Assembly: GCF_004010195.1 (NCBI RefSeq)
Contig: NC_057751.1
Coordinates: 11,708,578-11,740,658, forward strand
DNA from: Chiloscyllium plagiosum
Lineage: Eukaryota
Reading direction: 5' to 3'
DNA: 32,081 bases
Within the stretch, counting starts at the first letter, position 1; the number at the start of each line of letters is the position of its first letter. Below are positions 1 through 11,000 of the stretch, in pieces. Below the pieces are notes generated by a model. That model was not told where the DNA came from, made no database searches, and saw only the letters and a list, made by a program, of their open reading frames with translations. A program made the translations under genes and the position numbers.

Positions 1-151
1 GCAGAGCTTGAATTGACTGCAGCTCATTGGAGTAAGCAAAATCATCATACCATGGCTTAGTTCACCACAACACCCAACTCCATTTTAAATGAACATCTTG
101 AATTCTACTAACAGTTTACTTGTTCAATGCAATATACATGTATTTCAGTGA

Positions 152-358
<207 letters not shown>

Positions 359-963
359 TGATGTCACTGCTTCAACCCATGCTACTTTTGGCCAAACTCA
401 AACACAGCAGTCAGCTTGCCTTCTGAAGGTTATTGAGTAGGCTATACACCCTCATTAACTGGCTCCAACGTTCGGTGACCACATAGCTGATCTGTTCCTG
501 AACAGCAATGATCTTCCTTAGCTCTATGTCCTTTCACACCATGACCTAATAGAGAAAAGAAAATCTATATGTCTCAGTTTTGAAAGCTCCAATTATCTAA
601 GCATTAGCAGTCAGGATGAACAATGCAAGTTCCTTCAAAGAAGTGAACCACCAGACTAAAAATGTATTCAGTGCAGGTGAAGAAAACAGACAATCACATT
701 TTGTGGAGAGGCTGTTCTCCACAAGAGGTTATAAGACATGTGAATACAATCAGAAACAAGTGGGAGGGAAAAGAACACATTGCCATGATAAACAAACATA
801 GGCAAACCCAGAGAGGTTTGAGTGGGATGATATGAGTCATTATCTCAGTTAGTTAACAAAATACAGTAAAGAGTTCAATAAACTATAGTGTGTTAATTTC
901 AGCCAGAGGTGCTCAGGTTAGAGGAGCTGCACACGTCACGTGCCATATTGAGAATAAAACAGA

Positions 964-1096
964 GCCCTTCCTGAAGAAGGGTTCATGCTCGAAACGTCGA
1001 TTCTTCTGCTCCTTGGATGCTGCCTGACCTTCTGCGCTTTTCCAGAAACACATTTTCAGCTCTGATCTCTAGCATCTGCAGTCCTCACTTTCTCCT
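964..1096 (+). mobile_element. Penelope-type terminal fragment (family A) with hammerhead motif
   Basis: CTGAAGA-a-gggt tcat gctc-GAAA-cgtc at 971-998, followed by the family tail ...gcatctgcagtcctcactttctcct. Exact 11-bp TSD aataaaacaga at 953-963 and 1097-1107. The same sequence recurs at 4647, 8464 and 27540. Confidence 0.8.
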
Positions 1097-1399
1097 AATA
1101 AAACAGATATGCAAGGCTCTGAGAAACAGTCATCTGAGTCTTGGCACATAGTGAATGATAGATGATGGACAATAATAATCTTTTACAAAATTAATACAAT
1201 GAGCACAGAACTGTAACACTACAGCAGGATCCAGCAAGATATGGATAGTTTCATATTGGGTTCGCGCTGGTTGAGGTAGAGTGTGGTCTTCAATCCTACT
1301 TTCAATGATGAGCCTACTGATTTGTCTCATTATCAGTCATAGAGGATAGATTAAAGAAGAAGACACAGTTGTCTTATCTAACGTAAGGGAGCTTTTTGT

Positions 1400-1770
1400 C
1401 CAATAGCAATGGTTACAAGTTACATTGATAGTCTGACATCATTATGCCTTAACTGCCAGGAATTAGAGATAACACATCTGTCTCCATTAGGATCATTTGC
1501 TCAACTGCCTGATTTTTTTTAATCCAAAGACCATGTGACAGAATCAAATCTGATGGATCAGGTAGAATTAAGTTTTTCATGGACCCATTATCTTAAAAGC
1601 CCACCACCAAAAGTCCCTTTGGGAAGGAAATCTGCAATTCTATCTTGGCTCCAGATTCACAGCAATGTGGCTCTTAACTGCTCTCTGAAAGTGCCCAGAG
1701 AGTCAGTCAGTTCAACACCAATGAGGGATGGGCAACACATATAGAAACACCACATCAGATACAAGAATGA
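1400..1770 (+). repeat. Decayed shark SINE/LINE-tail family fragment
   Basis: gtccctttgggaaggaaatctgc...cacagcaatgtggctcttaactgctctctg...agggatgggcaaca is shared with the copy at 5620-5840. Boundaries approximate. Confidence 0.55.
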
Positions 1771-2271
1771 CAAAGAAAAAAAGTGTTTTTTCTTGAGTCA
1801 AAGTACTTTTTAACTTGGGTTTTGTACAGAACTTAATTCTGAGTGGTCTTGATTTCAGAACAACTGAACAGAATGTTAATGGACAAATGCTGGTCAGGAA
1901 GTGACACTTTTGACTTTTGATGTTTATTTCAGCTGTCTTCCTTCACCAATGGCTTTTAGTTTGAATTGTGCTTAGTTTGTGTTCAAAAGTTTATTTAGTA
2001 TTTCATGTGTCAAAATGCTCATTTTATAACCCTCCTCCCATAAAGCCCATCACTATATTGTTCTTTTGAAAATTATATGAGTGCATAAATGTGATGAAAT
2101 TTCAGAATATGCTTCCAAAAGACATTTCGAGGGTTTTATGCAGTGTAATGTCCCTTCCAAAGAGCCAAGAGGTTGCTCCACAGGTTTGTTGTAACCTCTC
2201 TGAACTGGTTGATCAGAAAATATCTCCAGTAGACAATTCAGAATCAAGTACCACACAAGTAAGGAACTCTT

Positions 2272-2310
2272 CCGACACTGATCTCCAGCATCTGCAGTAC
2301 TCACTTTCTC
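2272..2310 (+). mobile_element. 39-bp extreme 3' end of family A Penelope-type element
   Basis: ctgatctccagcatctgcagtactcactttctc, flanked by an exact 16-bp TSD caagtaaggaactctt at 2256-2271 and 2311-2326. Confidence 0.8.
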
Positions 2311-2486
2311 CAAGTAAGGAACTCTTGCCTCACCATCACAGGGAAGCACAAAATACTGTGTAAAACAAGACTCTTCTTGTAAGTGAAAGAAAACTGGTTA
2401 AGTATCACACGATTGCAGTGTTCTGTTCTATGTGCCTTGCCATTATTTACTAACTGACAAGTATACACTACAAATAAAAACATAAG

Positions 2487-2670
2487 GTGCTTGAGAAACT
2501 CACCAGGTTTGGCAGTATCTGTTACTTAGAGAAACAGAGTTAATGTTTCAAGTCCATATGAATCATCTTCAGAGAGCATATAAACTCTTTTCTCCACAGA
2601 TGTTGCTCGACCTGCTGATTTTCTCCAGTAATTTGTTTTATTTAAGATTTCTAGTATGCACACTATTTTG
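2487..2670. mobile_element. Old inverted pair of family-A-like Penelope termini
   Basis: Left arm gagaaactcaccaggtttggcagtatctg...gagaaacagagtt is the diverged reverse complement of right arm aactcttttctccacagatgttgctcgacctgctgattttctc. A degenerate CTGAAGA...GAAA lies on the - strand. Confidence 0.55.
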
Positions 2671-3252
2671 TTTTTATTTGAATACACCACTATTGGAGAA
2701 GCTTCAAATATATCCAGTTCATAAATTTATGGAGGATCTGTTTCTCTAATCATGCCCTACCCTATCTGGCAGATAAGGACTAATGGAGATAGTTACTCTT
2801 TGCTGAGTGTTTTCTTGAATTTGTGAGATGTTAGTAGGGGTTCTGAAGCATCACAAAGTTCTGACATTTTATGGAGATGACAGTACAGTATTTTGTTTTC
2901 TGTAAAAGCTGAGTTGAACATTTTTCCAAAGTTGACCACATTTCAGGATGTCCTTCATGTGTGGGCAAGATTCCATGGCTTGTTAATTTTGTGGAAATTA
3001 AACAAAAGAATAATTTGGTTTGAGCAACAACAGTGGTTTTGCATGCGACCCCTATGGGTGAAGGACACTTACTTGCTTCAGAATTGAAATGTACAGTGGC
3101 ACTGTGAAGAGATTTTAGGGACCACCTGAGACCATAAAGTTCTGAAACAACGTGAGTGAACAGTGATGTCACTTTCATCGCTAGCTAACTGAGCCTTTTG
3201 AGATGTTAGTATTGTTTTATTTATTTTTATTTGATCTGTTTAACATTGACAG

Positions 3253-3387
3253 GTGCCAAAGGGTAATGCAAATGACCCACAACCCAGTGCTGAGCCAAAA
3301 AGACCTATAACCGAAGCCCAGAAGCAGCAGATTCCATACAAAACTGAAATCATTGGAGGGGTTGTAGTGCAGACACCTATCAGTCAG
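3253..3387 (+). CDS. PLEKHA2: PLEKHA2-like internal exon, inter-PH linker
   Basis: gacag|GTG...CAG|gtgag, 135 nt, phase 0/0: VPKGNANDPQPSAEPKRPITEAQKQQIPYKTEIIGGVVVQTPISQ. YKTEIIGGVVVxTPISQ is the TAPP2-type motif as recalled. Confidence 0.9.
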
Positions 3388-4477
3388 GTGAGAGCTATAT
3401 TTACAGTCAGTACTTTCCTTCCTCTTTGAAATGTTGGAACCACTTTATGAAACGTATTCCAGCTGAGATTCAAGTCTTTTTAGCATGGAATTCATAGCCT
3501 GTAATATAGATAAAATAGTGCCGAGGCTTGCCTCAGTGTGAGACCAAGGAGGAGAGATTAGAACTGGCTTCGAAAAGGTATGTCAAAGAGATGGATTTCA
3601 ATGAGGGCATCTAAGAAGGAGGAAGGGATGGAGAGTTTAAGGAGGCTATTTCACAAAATGGTGTATAGGGCAGCTATCCGAATTGGGCCACAGAGAAGGG
3701 AGAGGCCATTTGATGAAAGGGAATGTTTTCTGACTCAGATGTAAAGACCATGGAGATAGCTAAGTCATGATGGGATTTAAATTTTCAAAAGGGAAGTGCA
3801 GCCTGGCCAAATATAATGCTCTTTCTACTTTGTCCCCAAGTTATTTCTTAATATCTGCCCAATAAGACAATGAGCCCCATTGTACTTGAGTGTATTTTTC
3901 CCATTTCCCACATCATCTCTGAGCTCACGGTGAACTAACAGTGTAAGTTTACCACTTTTCCCCCTGTGGATGAAAATATGTTTTTGGTGCAAGTGTTCTT
4001 TGATCTTGCACAAGATCAAAAGAAACTGCTGGGTAAGATGGACCGGGGCACTCCATACTTTGAAATACTTACACTAAGTACCATTTTCCCATTACTGTCT
4101 GCTTGATGATCTGTATTGGCTCCCATTGAAACAGTGTCTTGATTTGAAATCTTTCCATCGCCTCATCCAGTTTCTATCTCTGTAATGTTTGTTCATCCTA
4201 AAATCCTCAGCAATCTTGGTGTTCTTCATATGTTGGCATCTTAAGCACCCCCAATTTAAACTGTGCCACCATTTGTGGCCATCCAGTTAGCTGCCCTAAG
4301 TGGGTGGAATACTCTTTAAACACCTCTCATTCTCGCTACCTCTCTTCCCTCCTTCACAGTGATCCTGAAAACCTATTTCTTTTACCAAGCTTTCGTTTAT
4401 TACCCAAATCTCTCTCTCAGTGGTTCAGCAGCTACTTTTGCTGTGTGATGCCCCTGTGATGTGCTTTGGGATATTTT

Positions 4478-4955
4478 CATAGAATCCCTACAGTATAGAA
4501 ACAGGCCATTTGGCCCAACAAGTCCACATCGACCCACCAAAGAGTAACCCATCCAGACCCATTATCCAACCCTGTTACTCTACATTTACCCCTGACTAAT
4601 GCGCTTAATCCACACATGTCTGAACACTATGGGCAATTTAGCATTGGTGAAAGTGAGTATTGCAGATGCTGGAGATTAGATTCAAGAGTGTGGTGCTGGA
4701 AAAGCACAGCAGGTCAGGCAGCATCAAAGGAGCAGGAAAATCGACGTTTCGGGCAAAAGCCCTTCATCAACATTGCCAATTCCCCTAACCTGTAAGCTTT
4801 AGATTGTGGAAGGAAACTGGAGCAGCCGGAGGAAACCCACGCAGTCACAGGGAGAATGTGCAAACTCCACACAAACAATCGCCCATCGCTTGAATCAAAC
4901 CCAGGTCCCTGGCACCGTGAGGCAGCAGTGCTAACCACTGAGCTACTGTGCTGCC
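4478..4955 (-). mobile_element. HE1-type tRNA-derived V-SINE, interrupted by a Penelope fragment
   Basis: The reverse complement begins ggcagcacagtagctcagtggttagcactgctgcctcac, has the V-domain gtgtggagtttgcacattctccc and a CR1-like tail. Homologous to 18742-19075 and 19368-19693. Confidence 0.88.
4647..4770 (-). mobile_element. Family A Penelope terminal fragment nested in an HE1 SINE
   Basis: The reverse complement reads ttgatgaagggcttttgcccgaaacgtcga..., truncated or mutated at the hammerhead C3. 5-bp TSD cattg at 4642-4646 and 4771-4775. Confidence 0.8.
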
Positions 4956-5619
4956 GTTTATTGCATTAACAGTCCTATATTAATCAAAGTTGCTGTTACT
5001 GAAATGCAGTAACATCTGGCTTGCATTGTGTGAGATCTCAAAAGATCATCAGAGAAAGAGCTGTAACTTGGCTTTTAACAGTTTCAGACTTCAGTTCATC
5101 ATCCTGCAGTATCAGATGACAGGAAGACACTGGGGATTCTAATATTTGACACTGAGTGTTCAGAACACGACAACAAGAAAACTGTCATTGAGAGTGTTTT
5201 TATACAGTGCTCGGCTTATTTACGATGAATTGAGAAAGCCATGGTGTGAAAACTTTGAACTGCAGTGTACTGTATTTTGAATGACACTAGCCAACGTTTA
5301 GATGGCAGTTCTTTGTTAATGCATCTTATGAAATAGGACAAAGTGAGGCAATTTTATTGTTCATGTTTTTACATTATTTGATGAGTTCGTGGAGCAACTG
5401 CAACAACAAGCTGTTTTGTGGATAAACTTGAACTTTGTGTTTATCCTCAAAGCCCCTCAGTGTGAAGGATGGTCATATAATTCAAAACTGTGATTGACAT
5501 GAGGATTACAGAACCAAGGCGACTGAGTTGAGTTAAGATGTCAATCAATCATGGTTGAATTGAATGGCAGAAAAGGGCGAGAATGGCCTAATCGTGTTGC
5601 TATTGTTGTAATGAAATTA

Positions 5620-5840
5620 AGAGTTTAATGATCATGAATTCATTCTTGATTGTCAGAAAACCCATCTGGCTCACTAATGTCCTTTAGAGAAGGAAGCTAC
5701 CATCCTTACCTAGTCTGGCCTCCAAGTGACTCCAGACCCACAGCAATGTGGTTGACTTCGAACTGCCATCTGGGCAATTTGGGATAAGCAATAAATGCTG
5801 GTCTAATCAATGATAGTCTTGTCCCATAAATTAACAAAGA
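5620..5840 (+). repeat. Shark SINE/LINE-tail family fragment
   Basis: aaaacccatctggctcactaatgtcctttagagaaggaa...gactccagacccacagcaatgtggttgac...gcaataaatgctgg; related copies at 1600-1770 and (minus strand) 14670-15005. Confidence 0.6.
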
Positions 5841-6197
5841 AAATCTCTTCTTGCCAAGCAAAGCCAAACTGACTCGTTGACTAGTGCTTCTTTCTCAAGT
5901 AAAATGAATGCTAACCAGACAGAGACCTTTGGAAATATTGCAGTCGGGTATGCATTAAAATGTAAAAAATTGGTAAAATCCTTGTTCTGGACCTTTCTAT
6001 CACTGTACAGAAAAGAAGTTCTCTTTTTTGTAAATGAAGGTTTCTTGTTGTGCTCTGTGCAGTCAGTGCCAAATATTAGAATCCCAGTGTCTTTTATGTA
6101 TTTTATTTTGGAACATAGTCTGGGGCCAAAACTAGGGTCCCTAAAAATAATATTGTCACCAAGAAATCCAGTACAGTTTCAGAATAAATTTCTTTAG

Positions 6198-6420
6198 CTG
6201 GTGAGTGGTAAGAATGTGGAACTTGCTACGATTAAGATGAATTGAGGTGTAGAGCACAGATGCATTTGAAGGGGAAGGTGGATAAGTACATCAGGGAGAA
6301 AGGAATAGAAAGTTGTGGCAACAGCACTCGATGAAGGAAGGTAAGAGGAATGAGTGTAGACATCAGAGTCCAGTGGGGCCATATGACCTGTTTGAATTGC
6401 TGTGGGCTTCCTGTAATCCA
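6198..6420 (+). mobile_element. Decayed CR1 LINE 3' fragment
   Basis: gtggtaagaatgtggaacttgct...gatgcatttgaaggggaaggtggataagtacatcagggagaaaggaatagaa resembles the 3' ends of the other CR1 copies in this window. Confidence 0.6.
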
Positions 6421-8463
6421 TTGTTCCAGTAAGCTATAGAAAACTATTCATGCATGAGATGCTGGGACACTAGATCTTTTCATCAGTCTAAATTCAGTGA
6501 TGTAGATTGTCAGATTATTTGACCATCATGGAAACTTTCACTTGAACTTGGGCCCATAATTCTTCAGCCTTTAACCTGCCCTGATGGCAGCTAACCAGAT
6601 GGAAATCAGTACAGTTGAGCTGCTTTAGATTGGCTGGCCAGGGACTTGGGGACTGGGGAGCTGCTCAGGAGGGAGAGGAGAGGTAGGGGAGCTGCTGCAG
6701 GTGAATGGATATGGGATTATTCAATAGTCTGTAGTAACAACTTAATGCTTGTTTTTGATTGTTGTTACTGAATTTCCATACCAAGACCCACTTGTAGCTG
6801 TCTGCAACAAGAGGTGCATGTCACCTGCAGTTTTGCAACTCAAATTGTTTATGTTTTGGATCAGTGGGTAAGTTTGGCACCAAACCTTCCTCTTTGGCCA
6901 AGTTGTTCCTCATTCTTCCCAATACATCCATTTTTGTCAGATTACACCCTATGTTATACGTTCTGTGAATATGTAAGGTTTTGGAGAAGATCTGGAGGTG
7001 ACCACCGAGACAGGTAGCCAGCATGCTTCTGATCTGTAGGCTCCAGGTTTCAGGAACAACTATTGATACTGCTGAGTGATGAAAAAAAGAGAGGCCTCCT
7101 CAAGATTTTCTAGGAGCATTGTCATTGAAGATGGAGGTGTGAGGCAGAGAGGCAAACAAGATCAGAATATCAGAAGATGAAGGACCTGAGCTGGGAAAGG
7201 CTGGCATGAACAGTCAATAGGCAACTCCCTCCCAAGACAACAAGCAAAAGCATATTTTTTTAGGACTCTTGGAGGCCTGTATATGAGGAAGGAAACAGCA
7301 TAGTGTGGTCATAGAGTGAACTCTGCCCTTGTGAGATCATAAAATTGAGGAACTAATCGTGTATGTCTGGGGAATCACCGTGAAAGGAGAAACACAGGAT
7401 AGTCGAGTTTGAAATCACCAATGATAAGGAGTTGCTCACAGGCAAGGCAGATCAGGGGCAGTTCTGGCAAGGCAGCAACATCAAGTTACTTAAATCACCA
7501 TTATTTGTAGATGATGGGTAATCTCAGTCCCTTGAATCTGAAGGAGGAATTACCCAGAGGAACTGTCCAATGTTTTCATTGAATTTGACTCCATAGGGGT
7601 TTGATTCTTGCCCCTTTCTTCCTCTTTCTGAGCATGCCAGGAATATTAAGTTTGGCTGTGCATTGACAGGTCTGATAGTTTCTGCTCCCCTTCCTGGGCT
7701 GAGTGGTTATATGGGAGATTTGGAAACTTTATAATTTTGTACTTTTGACCATTCCTCAAGAAACCTTTCCCCCATTTGGGGAAGAGAGAACAGCCAGTCC
7801 AGTCCTAACCAGCCCTTGCCCCACCCCCTTCTTTTTCAATGCATTATTCACACAAATTGAATAAATTGATGCCATCAGAAATTTCTCACAGGTACTAAAA
7901 TAACTCCCAGTCAAACAAAAACTACAGCATAAATTTCACAAGTAACTTCCACACTAGAGAGACGTTGGGTGAGGAGCTGCAACCCTTTCATTTTGCTGCT
8001 TAGACTACTGATGTGGTTGAACTCAGATTGCCATCCTGTGACGTTGGTTAGTTGTGAAGGTGGTTGGCCGTTGCTGGTTAACTTCTGGTTCAGTTATCTC
8101 ATCAGCCAAGTCAGTCACTTGTGGCCACCGCAGCACTGAAATTACTAATTTAGAAATTGCATTTGCATTAAACCTGACATCTGGGCCACTCTTCCTCATT
8201 TTTAGAAAAAAAACCTTTAACCGTTTGAGCACCAGAACACCTTCAACCGTTCTCAAAATGAAACACGTAAGGTTATTTGAACACAAGATGTCTGCAGGAA
8301 TTGACTGAATGCCTTTACTACAGCAGCTCTCCATTCAACTAACACATGTACTGAAAGTCCAGAATATTTCATAGCAGTTTAAAATTCCTGGAATACTTAA
8401 TTTGGAGGTGCCGGTGATTGACTAGGGTGGACAAAGTTAAAAATCACACAACATCAGATTATA

Positions 8464-8667
8464 GGAGAAAGTGAGGACTGCAGATGCTGGAGATCAGAGC
8501 TGAAAAATGTGTTGCTGGAAAAGCGCAGCAGGTCAGGCAGCATCCAAGGAGCAGGAGAATCGACATTTCGGGCATAACCTGAAGAAGGGCTTATGCCCGA
8601 AACGTCGATTTTCCTGCTCCTTGGATGCTGCCTGACCTGCTGCGCTTTTCCAGCAACACATTTTTCA
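8464..8667. mobile_element. Family A Penelope inverted terminal pair (fold-back)
   Basis: Arm 8464-8577 is antisense and arm 8578-8667 is sense, near-perfectly complementary. TSD caaca(t/c)cagattata at 8449-8463 and 8666-8680. Confidence 0.85.
8579..8608 (+). ncRNA. Minimal type-I hammerhead ribozyme motif (family A)
   Basis: CUGAAGA-A-GGGC(UUAU)GCCC-GAAA-CGUC with palindromic ACGU helix III and a GUC site. Helix I is mostly lost at the inversion junction. Confidence 0.6.
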
Positions 8668-9174
8668 ACACCAGATTATAGTCCAACAGGTTTATTTAGA
8701 AGCATTAGCTTTCAGAGCGCTGCTCCTTCATCAGGTGGTTGTGGAAGTCAAGACTATGCTCACAGAATTTATTTCCAAACGATTCCAGTGTCATGGAAAT
8801 GTGATACAGTAAACAATCTCAGATTAAAATTTTCATGTTTTATAATAAGATATGCTGGTTTCTGTTCTTTGATATGTAAATCCCAGAATTTCTTTTAAAT
8901 TATATTCTCAAAATAGCTCAGCTTTTTAAACAATAGCTGTAAGGTCTGTCGGTATCCCAATGCTATGTCAGTCTGACAAACCCTCTATATAATTTTACAG
9001 AGTTTTACATTGATTCATGCAGTTTTTGAGCAAAACAAAAAGTGATTCTGCAGAAACAAAATTCACCCCATAAGCTTATATGTGTGCACATGTCAGAGCA
9101 ATAGATAGGGCGTGCCTATGTGTCTGTGTGCATGTGGATGTGAGTGAGTGTGTGTTTGTGTAAGCTTGGTTAAG

Positions 9175-9394
9175 AGTTAAAAATCACACAACACCAGGTT
9201 ATAGTCCAACAGGTTTAATTGGAAGCACACTAGCTTTTGGAGCGACGCTCCTTCATCAGGTGATTGACAATCATCTGATGAAGGAGCGTTGCTCCGAAAG
9301 CTAGTGTGCTTCCAATTAAACCTGTTGGACTATAACCTGGTGTTGTGTGATTTTTAACTTTGCACACCCCAGTCCAACACCGGCATCTCCAAAT
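9175..9394. mobile_element. Family B Penelope inverted terminal pair (near-perfect 185-bp palindrome plus tail)
   Basis: 9175-9266 is the reverse complement of 9268-9359 with about 3 mismatches. TSD cttggt(t/c)aag at 9165-9174 and 9395-9404. Confidence 0.88.
9272..9306 (+). ncRNA. Minimal type-I hammerhead ribozyme motif (family B), core intact
   Basis: cau-CUGAUGA-A-GGAGC(GUU)GCUCC-GAAA-GCUA-gug: 5-bp stem II, palindromic AGCU helix III, 3-bp helix I, predicted cleavage after 9303. Confidence 0.65.
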
Positions 9395-10819
9395 CTTGGT
9401 CAAGTGAGAGTGTGTGTGTGTGTGTGTCGGTCGGTCGTGCAGTGGGGTCATCTGTAGTGTATGAAATAGATCACGTTGGTCATGTCACATGAGTACTAAC
9501 TGCATACATGGTACATGTACATGACACTGGAGTCCTTTGGCTATAAATTCTGTGAGCATGATCTTAAGCTGCACACCAATCCGATGGAGCAGCAGCAGTC
9601 CGAAAGCTAGTGCTTCCAAATACACCTGTTGGACTATAACCTGGTGTTGTGTGATTTTTAACTTAAGTAAGATGCACAGGCTGATTGTATAGACTGTTAG
9701 AGGTTAGTGCCCCTTTCACTGTCCAAAGGTCTGAGGTTGTGGAAGACGACTTTTTGTATATGTTTTCAATTCACCCACAGACTATGAGTGCAATAATAAA
9801 ACTCCCCAAATGCTACGAGCAGCTTAATTAATACAACAGTAAATCTGAGCTGCAGAAATAAACAACTACATTTTAAATTCTGGATTTAAATTACACTTCA
9901 GTAGTTTCTGCCTGCTTTGCCTCCTCAGCCCTGTCTTGCCTGTTTATGTACTTGTCTTTCCTGCTTTCATAGAATTGTACAGCACAGAGGAGCCATTTGG
10001 ACCATCAGGCCTCTGCTAGCTCCTGGAATAATGTGTCTGATTATTCTTAGTTTTCAGCCATTTCTATACAGGCCGACATTTTTTTTTCCCTTTTGAGTAT
10101 TTATCCAATTCTATTTTTTAAATGACAATTGAAGTTTCTTCCTTTTGTAACAAGTGATGTGAGTAAGCAAAAATCTTAACCTTCCCTTTTTCTGTCCAGA
10201 ATAGCTTCCAAGCTCCATTTCCTAGCCCCTGGGGACATTTGAAAAGTTTTATAAAGTGTTTTCGTTTTACTGTTTTTCATTTTGCAAATAGTACAATTCC
10301 CAAAAGAAATAGCTATCATTTTGAAAACAATCCTAGTGTTCGCTTTATCAATTACTCAGAACTTGGTAGCACAGAGACTTGCAAACAAAAAATTATATTC
10401 ATTTGTAGGTCATGGTTAATTGTTTGACTAATGCATTTAATACAATAGTACCTTTTGCCCTCTGGAATTAATGATACATTCCAAGAGCACACATTATGAA
10501 ATTGTCAACTCCGTTTTATGGAACGGAATAATTAGATACCTTGCTGCAAAAGCCTGACATGACAAAGGGAGAGTGAAACATCTGTCCTGCTGTTCCATAA
10601 GTGAGACATTGAGAAGAATGTGCATTCATGTTGCAATTATTGAACATTCCAGAAGCACTTTCCAGTCATTGAATTCCTTCTGAACAGGAGTTGGTTGATC
10701 AATAAATGCTGGGCAAGTGGAAAGGAGAAGTGATGGGGGCAAAATAAATGCTGGGGTGTGATGGTGGGCAGGGTTTTCACTGGCCCTTTCTGAGACCCAG
10801 GATTTGCACTGGCTTTTGG

Positions 10820-11000
10820 CCACCTCTCTGTTGCTGCATAAGATATTTTGTATTCATCTGACAGGTGGATCCACAGTTTAATGTCTCATCCAAAGGATGG
10901 AGCCTTTGATAGGCAGAGCAACACTCCTACTTGGAATGTCAGTCTGAATATCATGATTAAGACTCGAGTGGGCCTTACCCCATGAAATAACTGCACAGAG
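10820..11000 (-). repeat. Ancient DeuSINE-like fragment
   Basis: gatattttgtattcatctgacag...cagtttaatgtctcatccaaaggatggagcctttgat...ggaatgtcagtct resembles the recalled Deu-domain consensus in antisense; similar to 14010-14235. Confidence 0.5.

Larger units (their letters stand above)
4130..4997 (+). repeat. L2/DeuSINE-type 3' tail fragment interrupted by an HE1 SINE
   Basis: cctgtgatgtgctttgggatatttt [SINE 4478-4955] ttattgcattaacagtcctatattaatcaaagttgctgtt resembles the recalled L2-derived tail consensus. Confidence 0.5.
8401..9664. mobile_element. Non-autonomous family B Penelope derivative with inverted termini, hosting two younger Penelope insertions
   Basis: Left terminus aagttaaaaatcacacaac...gtccaacaggttta...tagctttcagagcgctgctccttcatcaggtg; right terminus is its reverse complement (9580-9664). 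Internal 8745-9160 resembles the 3' UTR of the RT-bearing element at 29045-29520. Confidence 0.75.

Noticed and set aside
702..933. Possible solo LTR (TG...CA with aataaa at about 877)
   Set aside because: There is no TSD and no second copy in the window, so support is insufficient.
9175..9359. miRNA precursor or DNA-transposon MITE
   Set aside because: The arms match the Penelope terminus at 28958-29046, are asymmetric and have a 10-bp TSD, so a retroelement fold-back explains it better.
8401..9664. CRISPR-like or other prokaryotic repeat array
   Set aside because: The repeats are inverted and nested with no regular spacers, and the context is a spliced vertebrate gene.
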